NCBI GenBank assembly: GCA_902384455.1
Contig: CABMCB010000071.1
Coordinates: 64,001 to 128,000, forward strand
DNA length: 64,000 nucleotides
Reading direction: 5' to 3'
Source: an uncultured archaeon
GTDB lineage: Archaea > Altiarchaeota > Altiarchaeia > IMC4 > SCGC-AAA252-I15
Within the stretch, counting starts at the first letter, position 1; each line of letters begins with the position of its first letter. Below are positions 57,939-64,000 of this stretch, in pieces. The translations under genes and the position numbers were made by a program. The notes under the pieces were generated by a model. That model saw nothing but the letters and a program-made list of their open reading frames with translations. It was not told the origin of the DNA and did not search any database.

Positions 57939-58429
57939 TTTCTTCGCTTAACTGCGTGCGGTTTCCTGCAGGGAACACTCCTTTTCGCCTTCTTCACAAT
58001 AGGCTTCACGCCGAAAACGCAGTCGTAGATTTCCGGCTTATACGGCTTAATCAAAACAACCCTCGCCTTAAGCCCCGCTTTCTCAAGCTCCATCTGAAGA
58101 AGCTTTCCGTCAACAGGGTGATAACAAGTCAAAGCAATAACGTCCGGATTAACTTCCGCAATCCTCTGAAGAGACTTTTTAGTGCTCCCCAAAACCACCC
58201 GGTCCGCGATGCCCAACCCCTCAACAAGAGCCCTCCTCTCCGCCTCCGGCAGATTGTACTTGCGCGGCAACTTCCAACGCGCCCTATCGCGGCCAATAGA
58301 AACAACAAGGAAGCCTCCAAGTTTCTTCGCCGCCTTAAGGTAATACAGGTGTCCAGTGTGGACGCCGTCGAATGCGCCGAAAGCCATAACTACCTTTTTC
58401 TTTGGAGCAGAAGCAGTTTTCTTCATCAT
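57935..58429 (-). CDS. ribL: FAD synthase (archaeal cytidylyltransferase family)
   Basis: KKVVMAFGAFDGVHTGH..YL..AK.LG..LVV..GRD; PDVIAL. Confidence 0.75.
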   Translation of the reverse strand: MMKKTASAPKKKVVMAFGAFDGVHTGHLYYLKAAKKLGGFLVVSIGRDRARWKLPRKYNLPEAERRALVEGLGIADRVVLGSTKKSLQRIAEVNPDVIALTCYHPVDGKLLQMELEKAGLKARVVLIKPYKPEIYDCVFGVKPIVKKAKRSVPCRKPHAVKRRK

Positions 58430-58462
58430 TCAATTAATCTATACTGCCAACTAAAAAAGGGG

Positions 58463-59221
58463 TTAAACCTTAAGCCGTCTTCTGCTTCCGATGAGGTACC
58501 CTACGCATGCGCCTGCGACGAGAGTAAGTATGATTATCGCGGCAACATCAACATAAGGAATAGATGGTATGTGGCCTGCAACGCCGGTCTGGGCTACATG
58601 CTGGTAAGTATCGCTTACGTTCTGCACGGCTAAGGTGGCGGCTTCTTTTACCTTTTCAGAGGCATTCTCAACGGCAGGCGCAACAGCCCTCAACATGGGC
58701 GCAGGCGCTCCCGCCAAAGTGTCGCTCGCATTCAAAGAACCGGCGACTACTTCGTATGCGACTTCACTTGCGTTCCCTACTGCCGTCGTCATAACGCGAG
58801 GCGCCTCATCAGCAATCGTATTAACCCCAACTCCCCCCCACCCCGGAGGCTGAATATCACTGAATGATTGCATGGCTAGGCCTTGGATTCTCCCTATCAG
58901 CCTGAACGTCCAAAGCAGCCCCATGAACGCTGAAATGCCCAAAAGCACCCATACGGCAGTCTCCCTTGGGTGTACGACGCTTTTGCCTTTGCGGGTAAGC
59001 CGGTAATACTTCCATTTAGCCTCCGACGGCTCCTGCTCAATCAACCCTGCGGCAAGAAGCTTATCCAAATGCTCCTTAACGGTGGACGGCGACATGCTCA
59101 AATCGGAAGTCAAGTCTGTGAGAGTCGCCTTGTGGTCGTCAAGGCGCTTTAGAATCTCGACTCGGGTATCAACAGCCAAAGCCTTGAAAGTATCGCGGTC
59201 AAGCGTGATCTTATCGTCCAT
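58463..59221 (-). CDS. Membrane-tethered ArsR-type wHTH regulator
   Basis: FKALAVDTRVEILK.L..STVKEHLDKL..KWKYYRLT.KG, followed by two TM helices. Confidence 0.85.
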   Translation of the reverse strand: MDDKITLDRDTFKALAVDTRVEILKRLDDHKATLTDLTSDLSMSPSTVKEHLDKLLAAGLIEQEPSEAKWKYYRLTRKGKSVVHPRETAVWVLLGISAFMGLLWTFRLIGRIQGLAMQSFSDIQPPGWGGVGVNTIADEAPRVMTTAVGNASEVAYEVVAGSLNASDTLAGAPAPMLRAVAPAVENASEKVKEAATLAVQNVSDTYQHVAQTGVAGHIPSIPYVDVAAIIILTLVAGACVGYLIGSRRRLKV

Positions 59222-59291
59222 CCTACCTTACAAAATATGCGTCATAAGCCCTTTAAGAACGCGTTTTTACTTCGGCGCAGGCCGAAACACG

Positions 59292-59693
59292 TTATTTCAT
59301 CGCGACCTGCAGTTTTCTTCCGTCGCTTGCGTAAGCCGCCACATCCAGGATGCTCTGGTAGGGGTAACCAAGTATCAGGTGGATTCCCCCCATCTTCCCG
59401 AAGTAAACCAAGTCCATGTCACTGAACCTGTTGTCGCGGCTAGGGTGGCTGTGGACGCTGCCCACGACTCCCGCGTTCAAAGGCACCATCCAGTCTGGGG
59501 CGGACGAAAAACCGTCTCCGAAAGTGGATGCGGGAATAATTAGGACTTCAGTGATGAGGTTTCCTTCCCCCCTAAGCATCGCCATGAACTCGTCAGGGTA
59601 AACCTCCCTCGCCGCCCCCAACATAAGCTCAAGAGCCTCCCTGCGGATTAACACCGGTCCCCCGCCACTTCCAAAATCCTCCTTTTTCACCAT
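59292..59693 (-). CDS. JAMM/MPN+ metalloprotease
   Basis: YPDEF...GSVHSHPS....SDMD (E-x-HxH-x7-S-x2-D). Confidence 0.9.
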   Translation of the reverse strand: MVKKEDFGSGGGPVLIRREALELMLGAAREVYPDEFMAMLRGEGNLITEVLIIPASTFGDGFSSAPDWMVPLNAGVVGSVHSHPSRDNRFSDMDLVYFGKMGGIHLILGYPYQSILDVAAYASDGRKLQVAMK

Positions 59694-59753
59694 ATCTACG
59701 CCGCTATGCTACTATTTAACGCCCACTGATAAAGTACATACCGAGGTTTAACT

Positions 59754-60179
59754 ATGTCTAAAGCCCCAATTGGCAAACGGATAATCGCATACATAATCGA
59801 CTCAATAGTAATGATGATACTGGGATTCGGCCTTATGGCAGTCGCGTTCGTAATAAACATGACTCTGCTTGTGGCCACAGACAGCACATTACTTCAGCTT
59901 CTTAGCATGCTCCTGTACTTCCTTGCCGTCATCCCCATGATACTGTTCATGTTCCTGCGCGACGGACTGTTCGGCGGAACGGGCGTGGGCAAGAAACTTA
60001 TGGGGCTTAAAGTAGTGTCAGACGGCGGCAAACCCGCAGGATTCAAAGAAAGCATCCTGCGTAACATCACATGGTGCATCCCAATACTCAACTGGGCCGA
60101 ACTAATACTTCCTTTCGTAGACAAAGACGGGAAGCGAATCGGAGACAAGATAGCCAAAACTCAGGTAACCGAAAAATAG
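59754..60179 (+). CDS. RDD family protein
   Basis: KRIIAYIID, GKKLMGLKVV, LRN, KRIGDKIAKTQV. Confidence 0.9.
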   Translation: MSKAPIGKRIIAYIIDSIVMMILGFGLMAVAFVINMTLLVATDSTLLQLLSMLLYFLAVIPMILFMFLRDGLFGGTGVGKKLMGLKVVSDGGKPAGFKESILRNITWCIPILNWAELILPFVDKDGKRIGDKIAKTQVTEK

Positions 60180-60188
60180 GTTAAAACA

Positions 60189-60605
60189 ATGAAAGCATCC
60201 TTCGTAAAAAGGATAATCGCCTACTTCATCGACGGCGCAGTAGAAGGGGCATTAATCATAGTGCCCCTTATACTTACGATGTACGTCGCCATCAACATGA
60301 TGGACAGCGGAATAACCGGCATAGTCCTCTTCCTCGTGCTTCTAGCCGCCACAATAATACTCGGCTTAGCGTACCTGCTTTTGAAAGACAGCCTCTTTAA
60401 CGGATCAAGCCCAGGCAAAAAACTAGTAGGCCTCAAAGTAGTCAAAGGCGACGCGACGACAATCGGCAGGAAAGAAAGCGTGCTTCGCAACATCACATGG
60501 CTCATCCCAATACTCAACTGGGCCGAACTAATCCTCCCGCTAATAGACAAAAACGGCAGACGCATAGGAGACAAAATAGCCAAAACACAGGTCATAGAGA
60601 AATAA
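60189..60605 (+). CDS. RDD family protein (tandem paralogue)
   Basis: KRIIAYFID, SPGKKLVGLKVV, RRIGDKIAKTQV. Confidence 0.9.
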   Translation: MKASFVKRIIAYFIDGAVEGALIIVPLILTMYVAINMMDSGITGIVLFLVLLAATIILGLAYLLLKDSLFNGSSPGKKLVGLKVVKGDATTIGRKESVLRNITWLIPILNWAELILPLIDKNGRRIGDKIAKTQVIEK

Positions 60606-60648
60606 GGGGTGGCGGAATTCTCACGCGCAAAAGACCCCACGCCTTAGA

Positions 60649-61089
60649 ATGAAACTCAACCACATAACCCTCATCGTATCAAACATAGAAGAAAGCAAAC
60701 GATTCTACACCGAATCACTCGGATTAACCACCGGATTCGAAGAGGAAATAGGCGGCCCCGAATTCTCCAAAGTCACAGCCCGCAAAGACGTCCTGCTTCG
60801 TTTCGCAGTACTAAAAATACCGCAAACAGACGTCATACTGGAACTCGCCGAACTCAAGCGCCCCAAAGAAAAAAACAGCGCAGACTTCGGCCACATAGCG
60901 TTTGAAGTGGACGACGTAGACGAAACTTTCCGCCAGCTCAAAAAGAAAAAAGTCGCCACCCTATCCGAACCAGTCACAATAACCCGAAGCCACCCTAAAA
61001 TAAACGGAAAAAGATTCTTCTACGCGAAAGACCCCGACGGAAACCTAATCGAAATACTAAACCACAGAGAAAAAACATACTCCGACTAA
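60649..61089 (+). CDS. VOC/glyoxalase family protein
   Basis: LNHITL.VS..EES..FY...LG; HIAFEVDDVD; KDPDGN.IE. Confidence 0.9.
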   Translation: MKLNHITLIVSNIEESKRFYTESLGLTTGFEEEIGGPEFSKVTARKDVLLRFAVLKIPQTDVILELAELKRPKEKNSADFGHIAFEVDDVDETFRQLKKKKVATLSEPVTITRSHPKINGKRFFYAKDPDGNLIEILNHREKTYSD

Positions 61090-61568
61090 ACCACTTCCTC
61101 AAGAGAATCCACGTAAAACTCAGTATCAACCGAACCGCAAGCACTCTGAGGCGCCACCGGCATTTTCGCCTGAACCTCGCACGGTTGATAAACTTCTGTT
61201 GCAACACCCTTAAACCTCACAGTCGCATTACGCCCCACAAGCTCGTCAACCTTAAACAAAACCCTCTGCTCAAACGACACTATCCCAGAACGCCCACAAA
61301 GCGAAACAGGAAAACCCTTAACATCAGACTGAGTAATGCGGCCGGTGCACTCAAAACTCTCATTCCTAACGCAAACACTGCAGTCAAAACTCTCATTACC
61401 CCCGTCGCAAGACAACTTCTGGACAACAAAACCCTCCCTGCATAAACCGCTTGATGAACTCATGTTCGGCTTAACCGGAACAACAGAGTCGCCGCTCAAA
61501 ACAAGCAATAACGCCAAAATAACCACGAATCCGACAACGCCCGGAATAAGCAATCTCATATCCGTCAC
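61086..61568 (-). CDS. Hypothetical membrane-anchored Cys-containing protein
   Basis: N-terminal TM helix, 8 Cys; converges on the VOC gene. Confidence 0.6.
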   Translation of the reverse strand: MTDMRLLIPGVVGFVVILALLLVLSGDSVVPVKPNMSSSSGLCREGFVVQKLSCDGGNESFDCSVCVRNESFECTGRITQSDVKGFPVSLCGRSGIVSFEQRVLFKVDELVGRNATVRFKGVATEVYQPCEVQAKMPVAPQSACGSVDTEFYVDSLEEVV

Positions 61569-61578
61569 CTATAAAACT

Positions 61579-62868
61579 TTACCGTACTATCTTTCTTTTT
61601 TTAGCGATAAAAACGCAGTCTTCGTCGCCTTTCGCCAGGCAGTTTTTCTCGGTGACTTCATAGTTTCCGCCGGCCGCATTTAAGATTCCCTCGATGATGC
61701 CTGCCAGAAAGACGCACAGTTTCATGTTGATGTCGGCCACACCTGCGGCATAGACGCTTTCGTCCATGTGGATGAGGATGCGTTCTGAATCTGGTTTTTT
61801 GATGTCTGTAATGACGCCCGCCTTAAGGAACAAAAATAGGTCTTTTATGTAGTCCAATGCTAAATCAACGCCTTTTACGCCGGCTTTCTCTGCAATCTGT
61901 CTGCCGCATACTGCTCCAAGATGTTTTGACAGTATTGTGTGTCCTGGTGATGAAGATAGCCAGAAGTAGTTGTCGCATTGAGGCACCATCAAATATACGT
62001 AGTCGTCCACTACTTTCCGGAGTCTACGTCTGCTTGTCACGTCGTCGAATATGCTATCCAGAATCCGCTGTACTTCTTCCTCTTTAGGCATGTAAAATGA
62101 GGGCTTGTCTTCTGTCTCATGCCGATACACCCTGAATACGCAGGCTGGTTTGCCGTCGCGGGCGCACGCCACCTCATCGCAGTCCCAGAAACCGTCAAAC
62201 AGAGCCTCAACGCTGCCTGCAAGCACGCCGCCGTCCATTACGCACGCCGGCTTCTTTGTTGCCGGAAGCATCGACACGTCGGATTCCCGCAGCTCAAAAA
62301 ACACCCCCTTCTTCCGTTTGTCTACTTTGGTTATGCTTAAAATGCCGCCCCCGCAAGAGCGCCAACCTTCCGTGAACGTTTCCTTGATTTTCCTGCTCTC
62401 AAAAAACCTCCAGAACATCCCTCCCTTCTGAGCGGCACTAATCAGCGAACCCCACTTTAGCGCCCTCAGCCCACTCTCCACGTTATAGTAACCCTCCAGT
62501 TTGCTTATCAGATACAGTTCGCTCGCGAGTTTCGGCGAATAATGCAACGGAGCGAAAAACATGAGGTTACTAAGGTGCACGTGGCCGAAGTCGCCTAGTT
62601 GCGGACGGATCGGCTTGGATTTGATGTGCGGGTATACGCCGCTGTCGCGCACGGACCTGAAGTTGTCGTAGACAAGTTTCCCGCCGTTACGCCTCTCCCA
62701 CAGATACCTGATTCTCTCTATTGAATAGACCCCTTCGTCACCTTCATATTCGCTTAAATTGAAGCCGCAGACGGGACAAAAATTAAACGAAGCATCCGCG
62801 GCAACGTATCCGCAGAAGCTGCACTCCACCGCACCCTTCTTTCGGATTTCCTTCCTGCCTCTTTTCAT
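61579..62868 (-). CDS. Zinc-ribbon + double V4R-domain protein
   Basis: CSFC..FCPVCG; twice C...G.L.G...E..C...G...CVF. Confidence 0.82.
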   Translation of the reverse strand: MKRGRKEIRKKGAVECSFCGYVAADASFNFCPVCGFNLSEYEGDEGVYSIERIRYLWERRNGGKLVYDNFRSVRDSGVYPHIKSKPIRPQLGDFGHVHLSNLMFFAPLHYSPKLASELYLISKLEGYYNVESGLRALKWGSLISAAQKGGMFWRFFESRKIKETFTEGWRSCGGGILSITKVDKRKKGVFFELRESDVSMLPATKKPACVMDGGVLAGSVEALFDGFWDCDEVACARDGKPACVFRVYRHETEDKPSFYMPKEEEVQRILDSIFDDVTSRRRLRKVVDDYVYLMVPQCDNYFWLSSSPGHTILSKHLGAVCGRQIAEKAGVKGVDLALDYIKDLFLFLKAGVITDIKKPDSERILIHMDESVYAAGVADINMKLCVFLAGIIEGILNAAGGNYEVTEKNCLAKGDEDCVFIAKKRKIVR

Positions 62869-62882
62869 TCTCCCCCCTTAAG

Positions 62883-63572
62883 TCAAGGGTTTTCTGTTAT
62901 CGAAAGTACGTCTCTCAATCGTGAAATCAGGTAGTCTGGTTCCTGCAGGGTGTTCGCCGGTTTTTTGTCTGAGTGTTTCCCCTGCACAATCTGCGCTGCG
63001 TACAGTCCTGCGGCGTGCGCTCCTTCAACGTCCTTGTCAAGGCGGTCCCCCACCATAAGCGCCTCCTTAGGCTTAACCTTAGTTCGAGCAAGCGCTTCCT
63101 CAAAAGGTTTGACGGCCGGCTTTTCGATGCCCACCGACCCGCTAATCACAACCGCATCGAAAAAATGGTGCAGACCCAGCCGTATCAGCTTTTCCCATTG
63201 TTTAACCGGTACTCCATCGGTTATTACCCCCAGTTTAATCCCTCTGTCCCGCAGGGCTATTAAGGTAGGAACGGTGTCTGCGTAAGGGGTTAAGTATCCT
63301 GTTTTTGTGTTGTGGTACGCGACGACTCCTGCAGCTATCCAGTGGGGATCTTCAGGCAGATTAAACTTTTCTATCAGGCGGTTTAGGTGGTTGGGATAGT
63401 TGCTTCCGTGTTTTTGGACTATCCCCTCAAGCGCCTTAAGGGCTTCTTCCTCCTCTCTAGGCAGCCCAGCCTCAATCATGGCGCGCACGGCGTTTTGTCT
63501 TGCCATCGCCACTTGAAGAGTGCTGTCGTATAGAGTGTTGTCAACGTCGAAGAATACGGCCTTGAATTTCAT
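62883..63572 (-). CDS. HAD-superfamily hydrolase (archaeal TIGR02253-like)
   Basis: FDVDNTL, ITDG..VKQWEKLIRLGL, EKP, VGDRLDKD. Confidence 0.9.
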   Translation of the reverse strand: MKFKAVFFDVDNTLYDSTLQVAMARQNAVRAMIEAGLPREEEEALKALEGIVQKHGSNYPNHLNRLIEKFNLPEDPHWIAAGVVAYHNTKTGYLTPYADTVPTLIALRDRGIKLGVITDGVPVKQWEKLIRLGLHHFFDAVVISGSVGIEKPAVKPFEEALARTKVKPKEALMVGDRLDKDVEGAHAAGLYAAQIVQGKHSDKKPANTLQEPDYLISRLRDVLSITENP

Positions 63573-63591
63573 CCGGATTATCTTATGGGTT

Positions 63592-64000
63592 TTACTTCAA
63601 AATAATAAGGCAGATTAGTCCTCCAGCAACTGACCCGAGGAAATTAACGGTCGAGTTGCCCACAAAATGAGGGTTTTCAAGCGCCGCACCGAAGAAACTG
63701 TCTACAAGCATTCCGGCAACACCTGCGAAAGTGACGACCGCTACCGCAGTATGCGACGGAATCAAGCCCGCAGCGTAGGCGACGGCGGCAACTGCGAATG
63801 ATGCGCCGAGTCCTGCGAGGGTGCCGGGTATTGTTACTCCGCCGTTTGTTCCTATGGGGACTTCCTTGAGCGTCGTGATGAGGCGGGGTTTTCCTCCGTA
63901 TACTTCGCCTAGTTCGCTGCTTGCGGTGTCTGATGCTGCTGCGGCAAACGAGCCGACGTAAGCCGCAATAAATGGTAATGCGTTGTCGGGGTGCGTTGCG
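63592..64000 (-). CDS. DUF92 family membrane protein, 5'-truncated by window edge
   Basis: Not in the ORF track. Manual translation: AAAASDTASSELG..PRLITT...VPIGTNGGVT..GTLAG...DSFFGA.LE..VNF; stop at 63592. Confidence 0.85.
   Translation of the reverse strand, partial: ATHPDNALPFIAAYVGSFAAAASDTASSELGEVYGGKPRLITTLKEVPIGTNGGVTIPGTLAGLGASFAVAAVAYAAGLIPSHTAVAVVTFAGVAGMLVDSFFGAALENPHFVGNSTVNFLGSVAGGLICLIILK

Noticed and set aside
1-64000. Stop-codon recoding, frameshifts, inteins or introns
   Set aside because: Recognised genes are full length with standard stops, LeuRS and the radical SAM proteins have normal sizes, and the three tRNAs are intron-less.

Overview
Archaeal chromosomal window with no rRNA, CRISPR array, integrase or transposase. 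Evidence for archaeal origin: archaeal-type LeuRS, Taw1/TYW1, RibL, a JAMM protein, V4R domains, tRNA-Arg(GCG), tRNAs without encoded CCA, and TATA-like boxes about 25 nt before many start codons. The many Cys-rich secreted proteins, a VirB2-like pilin and orphan ORFs suggest an uncultured DPANN-like lineage such as Altiarchaeota (inference only). From left to right it contains: a complete glycine-cleavage and lipoylation operon (gcvT-H-PA-PB-lipA-lplB-lplA-lpdA, minus strand); asd; an Lrp plus aminotransferase pair; a KimA-like APC transporter; leuS; two tRNA-Ser genes flanked by tRNA-derived hairpins; a probable two-motif H/ACA-type ncRNA directly upstream of a small Fe-S protein; thiN plus a thiamine ABC transporter; tRNA-Arg; a COG1361/MacB-type ABC operon; several membrane-linked wHTH regulators; a U32 protein; a MarR-adaptor-DHA2 efflux module; a copper cluster; taw1; ribL; a JAMM protein; tandem RDD genes; a double-V4R protein; a HAD hydrolase; and a partial DUF92 gene. 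The best novelty candidates are the unannotated structured RNA at 22216-22375, a shared TGAAAC operator motif that may link envelope and copper operons, a small-ORF plus long-hairpin unit, and a glycine-zipper orphan. All family assignments come from motif recognition by eye; no database search was run.
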